A stretch of DNA of 63,667 bases, counting the filler, from Octopus bimaculoides (Eukaryota), in the NCBI RefSeq assembly GCF_001194135.2. It is 6 parts of 6 records of this genome, joined end to end, with 100 filler letters (N's around TTAATTAATTAA, not from the genome) between each part and the next. Parts side by side here need not be neighbours in the genome. Positions count along the whole stretch, not along the records: positions 25,423 to 53,074 come from NC_068984.1; 5 more parts are not named here. The stretch is one strand, 5' to 3'. The translations under genes were made by a program, and so were the position numbers. The notes beneath the pieces were generated by a model. It had not been told where the DNA came from and made no database searches. It was given only the letters and a program-made list of their open reading frames with translations. This document shows positions 25,425-37,149 of this stretch, piece after piece. Each line of letters starts with the position of its first letter. Position 1 is the first letter of the stretch.

Positions 25425-26150
25425 CCTTCCAAGCCTGTTTCTTTTCCCTAATTGCCCTGTCAACAATATTGTTCCACCACCACGTTATTTTGGGTCGAGA
25501 GGGGACTTTGCACCATCTGGTCAGTGGCCCTCAGCAGGTTGTCCCGTAGAAACGTCCAGTTGTCTTCTACATTGTGTGAAGCTACATTCCCCCCTATTTC
25601 GTTAAAGGCTTCGAGTAATAAGTCTCTAAATCTCAGTCCATTCACAGGATCTTTGAACTTCCAGACCCTTCTCCTCCAAGCTGGTCGTCTTCTAGGCAAC
25701 CACTTAGCCCTGATCCTGAAGTCACTAACTACTAATCTATGTTGTGGGGTACATTCTTCGGCTGGGAAGGTTTTGGCATTTATAAGCAGCCATCTTTCCC
25801 TTTTCCTGGCTAGGATGTAGTCAATTTGGCTAGTGTGTCTGCCAGAACAGTAGGTGACTAGGTGACTGGCAGGCTTCCTGAAGTTAGTATTGCAGACCAT
25901 AAGGTCATTTGCATCACAGAACTCCAGCAGCCTGGTTCCCTCCTCATTGCAGGAACCAAAACCATAGCCTTCATGTACGCCATAGAAGCCCCCTGAATGT
26001 TGTCCAACATGACCATTGAAGTCACCAGCCACAAAGAGAAGGTTCCTGTCATTCGTCGACGAAGTAGTCTGCAGGAGGGAGTCATAAAATTGGTCTTTCT
26101 GTCCGTCGGGTAGCCCAGGCTGAGGGGCATAGGCTGAGATAATGGTTGCN
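25425..26150 (-). pseudogene. RTE-clade LINE apurinic endonuclease domain
   Basis: IISAYAPQ..AGDFNGHVG..NEEGTRLLEFC..NTNFRK..QIDYIL..QHRLVV. Confidence 0.9.
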
Positions 26151-26344
26151 NNNNNNNNNNNNNNNNNNNNNNNNNNNNNNNNNNNNNNNNNNNNNNNNNN
26201 NNNNNNNNNNNNNNNNNNNNNNNNNNNNNNNNNNNNNNNNNNNNNNNNNNNNNNNNNNNNNNNNNNNNNNNNNNNNNNNNNNNNNNNNNNNNNNNNNNNN
26301 NNNNNNNNNNNNNNNNNNNNNNNNNNNNNNNNNNNNNNNNNNNN

Positions 26345-28000
26345 AGGAACCTGCAGTGAAGAATTCCTGGTAGGGGTTGGGGTCCACCAAGGAACAGTCC
26401 TCAGCCCCTTCTTATTCAACATAGTCCTCCAGGCAATAACAGAGGAATTCAAGACAGGATGCCCCTGGGAGCTTCTCTATGCTGGGAGCTTCACTATCAG
26501 AACTAGAGGAGAAGTTTCAGGTGTGGAAGCAAGGTCTAGAGTCAACCTAGCAAAAACCAAAGTCTTAATAAGTAGGAAGGCAGACAAACCACTAATCCCT
26601 TCAGGTAGATGGCTCTGTTCGATCTGTAGAAAAGGCATAGGTAGAAACTCTATAAGATGTACCCTGTGTAAGTTATGGACACATAAGAGGTGCAGCAATA
26701 TTAAAGGAAGGCTAACTTGGGAGATAGTTTTGTGTGTGGTAAATGCTCAGGAGCATTAAACACTGAAAATGTACAGAAAACAGCTTCTGTCACATTCCAG
26801 GGGAAAAAAACTACAAGTTGTTGATAGCTTCCATTACCTAGGTGACCAAGTCAGTAGCTGGTGCTCTAAAAGTGTAGCTGCTAGAATAAGAATAGCCTGG
26901 GCAAAGTTCAGAGAGCTCCTGCCTCTGCTGGTGACAAAGGGCTTCTCACTCAGAGTAAAAGGTAGACTGTATGATGCATGTGTGTGAACAGCCATGCTAC
27001 ATGGCAGTGAAACATGGGCCATGACTACTGAGGACATGCATAAGCTTGCAAGGAATGAAGCCAGTATGCTCTGCTGGATGGGTAATGTCAGTGTGCATAC
27101 ACAACAGAGTGTAAGCGCCCTGAAAGAAAAGTTGGACTGAAGAAGTATTAGACGTGGGCTGCAAGAGAGATGACTGCACTGGTATGGTCATGTGTTGCAA
27201 ATGGATGAGGACAGCTGTGTGAAAGTGTCACACCCTAGCAGTAGAGGGAACCTGTAGAAGAGGTAGACCCAGGAAGACCTGGGATGAGGTGGTAAAGCAC
27301 GACCTTCAAACATTGGGGCTCACCAAGGCTATGACAAGTGACCGAGACCTTTAGAGATATGCTGCGCTTGAGAAGACCCAGCAAACCAAGTGAGACCATA
27401 ACCATGATTTATGCCAGTGTAGCATAACCAGCCCATTTAAGAGTACCATTCAATCATTGGACAATAAACTTCACTTGTGAAGACCTGTTGAGGCAAGTGA
27501 AATCATTGTCGTGGCTGATGACAGTACTGCCTGATTGGCACCTGTGCCAGTGGCATGTTAAAAGTGCCATTTGAACGTGATCATTGCCACTGGCTCCTGT
27601 GCTGGTGGCATGTAAAAAGCAACGTTCGAGCATGATTGTTGCCAATGTTGCTTGACTGGCTCCTGTGTCAGTGACATGTAAAAAACACCATTTGAGTGTG
27701 GTCGTTGCCAGTACCGCCTGACTGGCTCTTGTGCCAGTGGCATGTAAAAAGCACCATTTGAGTGTGGTCGATGCCAGTACCACATGATTACCGGTGGCAA
27801 AAAGCACCCACTACACTCTCAGAGTGGTTGGCGTTAGGAAGGGCATCCATCTGTAGAAACCCTGCCAGATCAGACGGGAGCCTGGTGTAGCCTTCTGGCT
27901 CACCAGCCCTCAGTCAAACCGTCCAACCCATTCCAGCAAGGAAAGCGGACGTTAAACGACAACAACGACGACGACGACGACAATGACGATGATGATGATG
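26345..28000 (+). mobile_element. RTE-clade LINE 3' half (RT end, Cys/His finger, 3' UTR with ~62-bp repeats, (GAC/GAT)n tail)
   Basis: GVHQGTVLSPFLF..WELLYA; CSICRKG..CTLCKLWTHKRC; LHGSETW; LHWYGHV; tail gcggacgttaaacgac... Confidence 0.9.
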
Positions 28001-28002
28001 AT

Positions 28003-29090
28003 TACTCCAGAACTTTCTAGCTTCCTGTACATTAAGTTTTTCATCATCAGTTCTTCGTTCTCCACTGTTTATTTGGTTATAAAATCTCTGGTCTGTCTCA
28101 AATAATCTACTCTGTTGATACTGATCTATTCTTTTCTGATATCTGGAGAGCTATGCTGCTACTGCTATGATACACTGTTTCAACTCTTCTGTTTCTGTCC
28201 CAAATCCTTTCTCTTTGACTAAATATCTTTTCTCGAGGGAAGATTTGCATCTTGTGTTTCCTAACTTGTTCAGTTTCCAGGTTTCTATTCTACTCAGATC
28301 TTGTCTTCAAGTCTTCACTTTATTTTGTAGTCTCCTTTTCTACATTTGCTCTTTTTTAATCTTTCCCTGTAAAATATCTAATCTTCTGGTGACTACTACC
28401 CCTCCTGCGTAGTTGGTGTCTTCTATATTTCTAGTATCTATCCTTCTGGTAACAGAATCTACTTTCCTAATCATTTCTTGTAGCTTCCTTCTGCTTATGT
28501 CTTTTAATGCTGGTAATCTTTTTCTTACTTCTTTATTCATTACTTCCTGCAACTCATCTAAAATTTTCTGATCTTTGTCACTTAAATCACTCAAGTTGTT
28601 GGTACCAGTTGTCCCTTTCTTATTGGTAGCACTATTATTACTTTTTTCTTTAGGTTTTTCTTTGGTTTGAGATGTATCGCTTAGGTTGTTTGTCTTTCCC
28701 ACTGCCTGGTCTTTCTTTTCAAGTTCTCTTCTACTTCCAATTCTGTCATCCACTTTCTTCTCCTAATAGCATTTGCTTGATCAACTAATCTCTGCTCAGT
28801 CACTTTAAACATACTCTTCTCTACACAAAGTGTTAACATCTGTTTCTATAGCCCCTTCTTTTAAGTTCACTTTCTAATAGCACTGTATCATTATCCTGTT
28901 TTCTTCACTGGTCTACTTCCGCCTCCTTGCTCTATTATCTGCTGATGCTGTATTGGGATGACAGCTGTGGTCAGTGCATCTTTACTGATCCACTGCCAAG
29001 TGAGAGGCCTTCCCTTAAAGGTCCAGCTTCATTTTTGCTGTTACAATCAGAGTTTTTCAGAAACTCCTGTCTCTCATAAACTGAGGTAAG
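28003..29090 (-). mobile_element. R4/Dong-clade non-LTR retrotransposon, N-terminal ORF region
   Basis: TEQRLVDQANAIRRRKWMTELE..RKRLPALK..TNYAGGVVV..KRRLQ..LSRYQKRI..RLFETDQ..EARKFWS. Confidence 0.8.
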
Positions 29091-29299
29091 GTAATGTTTG
29101 TCACCATCATCATCACCACCATTATTTCTCAACATCTGAAAGTTTCAAGAAACTTTCTATTGCATCATTTGTTGCACCTTTGTGCTGGTGAGGTGGTGTG
29201 TGCTGCATTATTTTTGGTGGGGGAGGGAGGGGGGATATTGTATTGTATCAGTACATTTTGTTATGGGGTTTTGTTTGAATCTTCGGTTGTATTAGTTTT

Positions 29300-29720
29300 T
29301 ATTTTGTGTGTTGTCTCCCACCCCCTCTTTTTTCCAAACAAAAATAAGGGGTTTGCAGCATATTAAGAGGTCAGGGTACTTGATTCCAGGCAAAAAATAC
29401 AAGTTTTTTCTTACTGAAAATCGTGCGGGTGAAAAGATCAATGGGGGTGGGGGGAATTTCCGAGGCTTCCACCTCACCCCACCCCGTTTTCCGGACCCCA
29501 AAAAGGGTTTTGTGGCATATTAGGAAGTCACTGGAATTCATTCAGTGAAAAAAATTCCAATGATTCCGGGATAGGGAAGTCCCACCCCTTTTTTTCCCAA
29601 CAAAAATTAGGGATTTGCAGCATAATAGTACAGCATAATAGCATCAGAGTACTTGATCCCACACAAAAAATCTAAGTTTTTTCTTTCTTAGTGAAAATCG
29701 TGCAGGTGAAAGAATCAAAT
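29300..29720. repeat. Imperfect ~265-bp-period tandem duplication
   Basis: cccacccc..aacaaaaat..gatttgcagcata..gtacttgat..aagttttttct..gaaaatcgtgc.ggtgaaa occurs at ~29316 and ~29581. Confidence 0.75.
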
Positions 29721-30007
29721 AATACCCAAAGTAGTGTGTGTGTGTGCGTAACTCCTAAATTAACTATTTTATAGTATTTACTAGCTGAACCTGTGCCATC
29801 AAAAATGATGGCTAATTGTAGTTTTCTAATATATAAAAAGGGTACAAAAAGGTAAAAAAATAGATCAAACAGTACTTCAACTCTGTATATGTGTGTGTGT
29901 GTGTGTGTGCATATGTATATATTTATATGTATGAGTAGCACAGTCAGTAGCGAATGCAGTTTTCTATACTTTGTCACAGCCCGCTACCTTCATTTTTAAG
30001 TGTATCT

Positions 30008-30049
<42 letters not shown>

Positions 30050-30489
30050 NNNNNNNNNNNNNNNNNNNNNNNNNNNNNNNNNNNNNNNNNNNNNNNNNNN
30101 NNNNNNNNNNNNNNNNNNNNNNNNNNNNNNNNNATATATATATATATATATATATATAATTCCAAAAGAGTTAGAGGTTGTTAATCCAACCAACTAAGGG
30201 ATAATACTTATCCAATATACTGCTGGTAGAAAACCCAATTATTAATACACAAGTGTTTTTTTTTTATTTGCATGGCAATTACACTACTGAATGTAATAAA
30301 TGGATGAGGGTAAAAAGTTTTTACCCTTAATTCATACAGCAATAAGAAAATGGAAGGGATCAAGAAGTGGTATTCATCAACTTTTAGACATTATATTATG
30401 TTTATTTATTTATTTAAAAAAAAAACCATTATGACAATATACATACATGTATAGCATAATATGCTTTACATATACAATATATAAAAATT

Positions 30490-31056
30490 CCAGTGATTAT
30501 TAAAATATATAACGTAGATCACAAAAGATAGGATAATATCTTATCACTGTTTCAGCCAAGAGACCAAAGTACCCCAATCTACTTATATCCCTTCAGTGAA
30601 GTGAAGTATTTGGTAGATAAGATTTAGGTACTTGGGTGTGTCTCTGGGCTTCGTCAGAGAGTTTAGAAAGTTCATATGGTTAAGTTATAAATACAAATAC
30701 ATACACATATACACACTTATACATATACATACGTATACATAAACATACATAAACACATGTACATATATTTCTATATTTTTATATTCATATGTATATGTAT
30801 ATATATATGCATACCAAATAATCAATTATTATTATTATTAGGTGTATTTTATTATTCTTATTAGATAAAGTATAAACAGAAGAAGGTACATACATATTAC
30901 ATGCATTGAGAAGGGAGAATTTTTTCAATAGTTCGTATTTTCCTTTTTATATACTTATAATTATTATACACAAACATATATATATATTCATATAAACATT
31001 CGATATGTTTTCTATTGAGAGTTTTAGACAAAGGTCCACTATAAGTGGACCTTTGT
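30490..31056 (-). mobile_element. Non-coding element copy 1 with hammerhead-like motif
   Basis: Reverse-complement match to 36385-36530 and 36720-37135. Confidence 0.8.
30535..30665 (-). ncRNA. Putative type I hammerhead ribozyme (CUGACGA..GAAAC), stem III degenerate
   Basis: Minus strand tct-CTGACGA-agcccagagac..gtctcttggct-GAAAC-agtgata-aga. Confidence 0.45.
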
Positions 31057-32339
31057 TGAAATAACTTCCAGCATATATTTTTAACCATATATCACCTGTA
31101 TGATTTAGTAAATATATGAATGATTCTCCTAATTAAACAGATACATGTAATATTATATAATTTTTTTAAAATAAATTTGTAATAACTTATCTTTCATAGG
31201 CATTATATTAGAACAATACCCTCTTAGTAATAACACTTTAACCTAAAATTCAAATATGTATATATATATATCTATCTATCTATCTATATATATATATGTA
31301 TACGTATGTATGTGTATGTGTATGTATGTATATGTATATATGTATATGTGTGATATGTATGTGTGTATGTATGTATATATATATATNNNNNNNNNNNNNN
31401 NNNNNNNNNNNNNNNNNNNNNNNNNNNNNNNNNNNNNNNNNNNNNNNNNNNNNNNNNNNNNNNNNNNNNNNNNNNNNNNNNNNNNNNNNNNNNNNNNNNN
31501 NNNNNNNNNNNNNNNNNNNNNNNNNNNNNNNNNNNNNNNNNNNNNNNNNNNNNNNNNNNNNNNNNNNNNNNNNNNNNNNNNNNNNNNNNNNNNNNNNNNN
31601 NNNNNNNNNNNNNNNNNNNNNNNNNNNNNNNNNNNNNNNNNNNNNNNNNNNNNNNNNNNNNNNNNNNNNNNNNNNNNNNNNNNNNNNNNNNNNNNNNNNN
31701 NNNNNNNNNNNNNNNNNNNNNNNNNNNNNNNNNNNNNNNNNNNNNNNNNNNNNNNNNNNNNNNNNNNNNNNNNNNNNNNNNNNNNNNNNNNNNNNNNNNN
31801 NNNNNNNNNNNNNNNNNNNNNNNNNNNNNNNNNNNNNNNNNNNNNNNNNNNNNNNNNNNNNNNNNNNNNNNNNNNNNNNNNNNNNNNNNNNNNNNNNNNN
31901 NNNNNNNNNNNNNNNNNNNNNNNNNNNNNNNNNNNNNNNNNNNNNNNNNNNNNNNNNNNNNNNNNNNNNNNNNNNNNNNNNNNTATATTTTTAGTTAAAA
32001 AATTTTTTTTTTATTCGGAAGTCCTGTGGCGATGGGAAAGTGGTGAAGCATGCAGACCTGATGGATTGGAAGCATGTAGTCAGTGACCTGCATGTAGGCG
32101 GCCCATGCTAGATATAAAATCATCTCCTTGTGGCCCAAGACAGCGGTAGGATTCGGTTGCTGCATGGGTGTCTGAGCAGCTCCATTTGGAGAGGGCACTG
32201 CTCACCTGGAGACTGGGGAGGTTCTAGAAAAGGTGAACCAAAAATTGCCTGTCTTGCCATATCTGGTCAGTTTAGCGCGACTGACGGATGTCCACATGGC
32301 GCTCAAAAAACAAAGAGTCTTTTATTTATAAAATCTGAA

Positions 32340-33104
32340 TGTAACTTAAACATTTCATGTTGGAATGTGCGCACTCTGTTGGACAACAAGAGTGATTGTA
32401 GGCCGGAAAGATGCACTGCACTTGTTGCTCGTGAGCTGAACCATTATAACATTGATATAGCTACACTCTCAGAGACTCGTATAGAAGGTGATGGTCAGCT
32501 TGAGGAAGTAGGAGGTGGATACATCTTTTTTTGGAAAGGAAGGCAGAAGGAGGGTTGCAGAGAGGCTGGTGTTGGTATTGCAGTTCAATCTGATATCCTT
32601 AAGAAGTTGGAAGAGCTCCCTGTTCCTATAAATGAATGTATAATGACTCTACGGTTGCACCTGAAAGGTGGGCAGTTTGCTACTCTAATAAGTGCCTATG
32701 CACCTATTTTGACTAGCTGTGATGAAGATAAAACAATCTTTTATACCCAGCTGAGAGCCATACTTAGAAAAATCCCCAATTCTGATAAAATCATTCTACT
32801 GGGAGATTTTAATGCCAGGGTTGGAACAGAATGGCAAACATGGAACTCTCTAGGACGTTTTGGAGTAGGGAAAATGAATAGCAATGGTCTCATGCTACTG
32901 GAGCTTTGCGAAGAACATGAACTTTACATCGCAAGCACTCATTTTATTCACAAAGGTGATCACACAACAACGTGGATGCATCCAAGGTCCAAAGTTTGGC
33001 ACTTGCTGGATTATGTCATCATCTGCAAGCGCGACATCTATGACATTTGTAATGTCAAGTCCTTTCATGGATCGGAATGCTGGACAGACCACAGTCTGGT
33101 GTGA
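32340..33104 (+). pseudogene. LINE APE endonuclease domain
   Basis: WNVRTL, LSETR, SAYAP, LGDFNARVG, LLDYVI, TDHSLV. Confidence 0.95.
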
Positions 33105-33605
33105 GCAAAGTTCCGAATAATGATTAGAGTGAAAGAGAGAAGAGGACCAGTCAGCATTCCTCGGCGTCTAAATGTCCACAAGGTATATGATGTGATTAGG
33201 AAACAGCTTCAGACTCGCTTATCCAGCATTGAAAATATTGCAGCATGGGAAGATTTTCGAGACCAAGTTCTGCAATGTGCAGCTGAAACACTGGGATATG
33301 TTACTGCCAGACACAAAGACTGGTTTGATGAAAATGATGCTGAAGTTCAGTGACTATTGGTGGTAAAGCGCCATGCCCACAGTGTATTGCTACACAGAGA
33401 ACTGTCTGCTGTACAATGAAATCTAGCACTTGCCCACGATAGCAGTGTAAAATCACTACTACAGTGATCTCTCAGGAAGACGCAGAAGACTTGGTGGGAG
33501 GATCTTGCTCATGATGTTCAGGCTGCTGCTGATGCAAATGATAGCAAGAAGCTTTACCATCTTATGAAGTGAGCCTATGGACCTAAGAGCTCCACATCAG
33601 CTCCT

Positions 33606-34616
33606 TTGCTTTCCAAGGAGTCTTCCACTCTGTTTACTAAATCAACAGAAATCACAGGTTGCTGGATCGAACACTTCTCTGAACTCCTAAACCATGAGTC
33701 AGTTGTGGATGAAACAGTGATTGATACTATGCAACAAAGACCTATTATTGGCTCCTTAGACTCCTTGCCCTCAATAGATGAAGTAATGACATCAATAAGT
33801 AAATTGAATCTTGGTAGGGCACCTGGAAAGGATGGAATTTGTGCTGAGTTCTTGCGATTTGGTGGTAATTACATCACACAGTCCCTTCATGAACTTATTA
33901 GTGCAGTCTGCAGGGATGGTGCAACCCCTAAGGACTGGAAGGATGCAATTATTCTTCCTCTATATAAAGGAAAAGGAGCCAGAACAATGTGTGGTAACTA
34001 CAGAGGTATTGCTCTACTATCAGCTGCTGGCAAGGTTCTGGCAAATATTCTTCTTACCCGTCTGAATGGGTGTCTCATAAATGATGTCCTATCTGAATCT
34101 CAATGTGGCTTCCAATCTGGTAGAGGGACAATGGATATGATTTTCACAGCAAGACAGATGCAGGAGAAGTGCTATGAGCAGAATATGGATCTTGTCCAGG
34201 TATTTATTGATTTAACAAAGGCCTTTGATACTGTAAATTGGGCCTTTCTATGGAAAATACTTGTCAAACTTGGATGTTCAGATCACTTTGTATCTATAAT
34301 TAAATCATTTCATGATGGGATGGAGGCTTGGGTCAATGTTGGTAGTGGCATGGCAGGACCCATTCCTGTAGAGAATGGTGTCAAGCAGAGTGACATCCTT
34401 GCCCCAACTCTCTTTTCTTTGTACTTTGCTGCTGCTTTTACTCATGCTTTTGCTAAGGTTAGCTCTCTGGGAATATATAACAGACATCGATCTTCTGGCC
34501 GCCTGTTTAATCTTCGCCGATTTGCTGCCAATTCAAAGGTTCTCCAGTCTATTATTCGTGACCTCCTTTATGCAGATGACTGTGACTTAGTCACTCATAC
34601 AGTGGATGACATGTAA
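33606..34616 (+). pseudogene. LINE reverse transcriptase domain
   Basis: APGKDG, YRGIALLS, QCGF..GRGT, FIDLTKAFD, GVKQSDILAP, YADD; stop codons upstream and at 34614. Confidence 0.95.
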
Positions 34617-35435
34617 ATACTCATGAATTGTATTTCTGCTTCTTGCAAGACATTTAGACTCAGCATTAGCCTGGACAAGACTGTTGTAATGTTCCAGCCT
34701 GCACCAGGAAATCCATATGTGAAACCAGCTGTCTTGGTTGAAGGAACAATTCTGAAGGTAGTAGACAAGTTTGTCTACCTGGGCAGTACACTCAGCCATT
34801 CTTGCTCCCTGGATGAGGAAATATCTTTCAGGTTGGAGAGAGCAACTAATTCCTTCTGGTCTCTTCAGTCTCGTGTCTGGTCCCAGCATGGCATCACAAA
34901 GCAAAGAAAAGTTGATGTGTACCATGCATGTGTACTGACATCGCTTCTCTACTCATGTGAGACATGGACTCTGTACAAACGTCAGGTAAGGGTCCTTGAA
35001 CACTTTCATCAGAGATGTCTCAGACACATTCTCAATGTNNNNNNNNNNTGAACACTTTCATCAGAGATGTCTCAGACACATTCTCAATGTTGGCTGGACC
35101 TCAAAAATTCCAGACACACAGGTCCTGAGGACAGCTGATATCTTGAGTTTTGAGGCAATGGTGCAAAAGCACTGCTTACGTTGGACTGGACACCTTATTA
35201 GAATGAAGGATAGCAGGATTCCTAAGCAGATGCTATATGGAGAACTTGTGAATGGAAGGAGACTCCGGCAGAAACCAAGGCTGCAATTTAAGGACTGTGT
35301 CAAGTCCTCATTAAAGGCCTGTGATATGCAGGACACTGACTGGGAGAACAATGCCTGTCATCGCCACAGATGGAGGAAGCAGGTTAAGGAGGGGATTGAC
35401 ACTTTTGAGAGAGCACGTATCCAGCATGAAGAACT

Positions 35436-35879
35436 TGTAGGGAGGTGGTTATACACCATTAGGTGTATTCCGATTCTGTACATTAAATTTCTTAAGGAAG
35501 AAAACGGAACTCAGACTCTAAACTAACAACACAACAATATTTTATTACAGTAGAATTCTGCTCACACTAGGAGGGAATTCGGTAGCATGTCGCCCTTTGG
35601 TTAGATGAGACGCCGTCAATGAAGTTGCGTGGTTAGAAGTCATTTTTCTCCTCTCTGGTTATCTATGTGGCTCCAGTGTTGAGTTGTCGGAGAGCTGCTA
35701 TTGTGATGTCTAGCTTCCACGAAATTCAGCGAGCAAAGAGATCGAAATACGCGGGAACGCTTGGATATGGATGACTACGCATGCGCATGAGACACTTCCT
35801 GTATTCCTTCCGGAACTAGTCCCTGCGCATGCGTGGATAAACTCTCCAGAAATGGCGACTGATATTAGGCGGCACTACA
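35436..35879 (-). mobile_element. 444-bp solo LTR
   Basis: TGTAG..CTACA termini; 4-bp TSD AACT (35432-35435, 35880-35883); the LINE frame rejoins across it. Confidence 0.9.
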
Positions 35880-36379
35880 AACTTAAGTGAGCTTCAGGAA
35901 AGCCTATGGCTCGTATAGTGAATGGGGAAGGCTTGGTCTGCAATGTTTGCAGTCGTGTATGCTTGTCAAGAGCAGGGCTCATTAGCCACCAACAGAGCCA
36001 TAAATGCAAAATATAAGTAAGTCCTAGAGCGCACAATGTTCCTGAAGGCCTGCAATGGTCTTCTTCGGTCACGAGTGGACNNNNNNNNNNATATATATAT
36101 ATATATATAAATTTATCCACATTTTGTTTTTATTTTACTTACATTTGTTGTTTATGTTATCAGTTATCTATTAACCAATCATAGCTAAGTCATGACCTTT
36201 CAAAACAATAGATGACGAATTAGATTATGAGACTGACTGTAATCCCCTCCCCCACTTCCCGTAGGATTTAAGCTACTCGATAAGTAAAAAATAACGGAAA
36301 TAATAAAGTATCTTGATTAATACTCGGAAATTTATTTCTTTTAGTACCAACTAATATCACAGATATTAATATAAACTCT

Positions 36380-36797
36380 AACCCACTTATAGTGGACCTT
36401 TGTCTAAAACCCTCAATAGAAAACATATCGAATGTTTATATGAATATATATATGTTTGTGTATAATTATTATAAGTATATAAAAAGAAACACACGAACTA
36501 TTGAAAAAAATCCTCCCTTCTCAATGCATATTACATAATGGGTATGTTTGTACGTAAATATATATGTATGTATGTATATATGTATATATGTGTATGTATG
36601 TATATGTATATATATTTATGTATTCCTCATTTATATACCTTTTCATTCCTACATAACTACAATAATCTTAGGATATATTGTTTTTATATTCCACTATTAT
36701 TTCTGTTTTGATAACTTTCTCCTTCCTCTGTTTATACTTTATATAATAAGAATAATATGATACACCTAATAATAATAATAATTGATTCTTTGGTATG

Positions 36798-36832
<35 letters not shown>

Positions 36833-37135
36833 GAATATAAAAATATAGAAATATATGTACATGTGTTTATGTATGTTTATGTATACGTATGTATATGTAT
36901 AAGTGTGTATATGTGAATGTATTTGTATTTATGACTTAACCTTATGAACTTCCTAAACTCTCTGATGAAGCCCAGAGACACACCCAAGTACCTAAATCTT
37001 ATCTACCGAATACTTCACTTCACTGAAGGGATATAAGTAGATTGGGGTATTTTGGCCTCTTGACTGAAACAGCTGTAAGATATCCTCCTATCTTTTGTGA
37101 TCTACATTATATATTTTAATAATTACTGGTATTTT
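36380..37135 (+). mobile_element. Non-coding element copy 2 with hammerhead-like motif
   Basis: Inverted relative of 30490-31056; carries an extra ~190-bp segment. Confidence 0.8.
36959..37080 (+). ncRNA. Putative type I hammerhead ribozyme with ~97-nt stem II and palindromic stem III (GUA site at 37077)
   Basis: tct-CTGATGA(36962-68)-long hairpin-GAAA(37066-69)CAGCTGT-A-aga; stem I is only 3 bp. Confidence 0.6.
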
Positions 37136-37149
37136 TATATAGTGTATAT

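Larger units (their letters stand above)
32013..36080 (+). mobile_element. Near full-length decayed RTE-clade LINE (5' UTR, APE, RT, C2H2 finger), interrupted by a solo LTR
   Basis: Domains in order with scattered stops; the finger VCNVCSRVCLSRAGLISHQQSH resumes after the LTR. Confidence 0.95.

Noticed and set aside
27520-27800. Regularly spaced repeats superficially like a CRISPR array
   Set aside because: Contiguous diverged tandem units with no unique spacers, inside a eukaryotic LINE 3' UTR, and no cas genes.
32095-32160. Possible HDV-like ribozyme in the RTE 5' UTR (tccttgt-ggc resembles L3/P3)
   Set aside because: No P1 or P2 pairing could be built by eye; it would need a covariance-model search.
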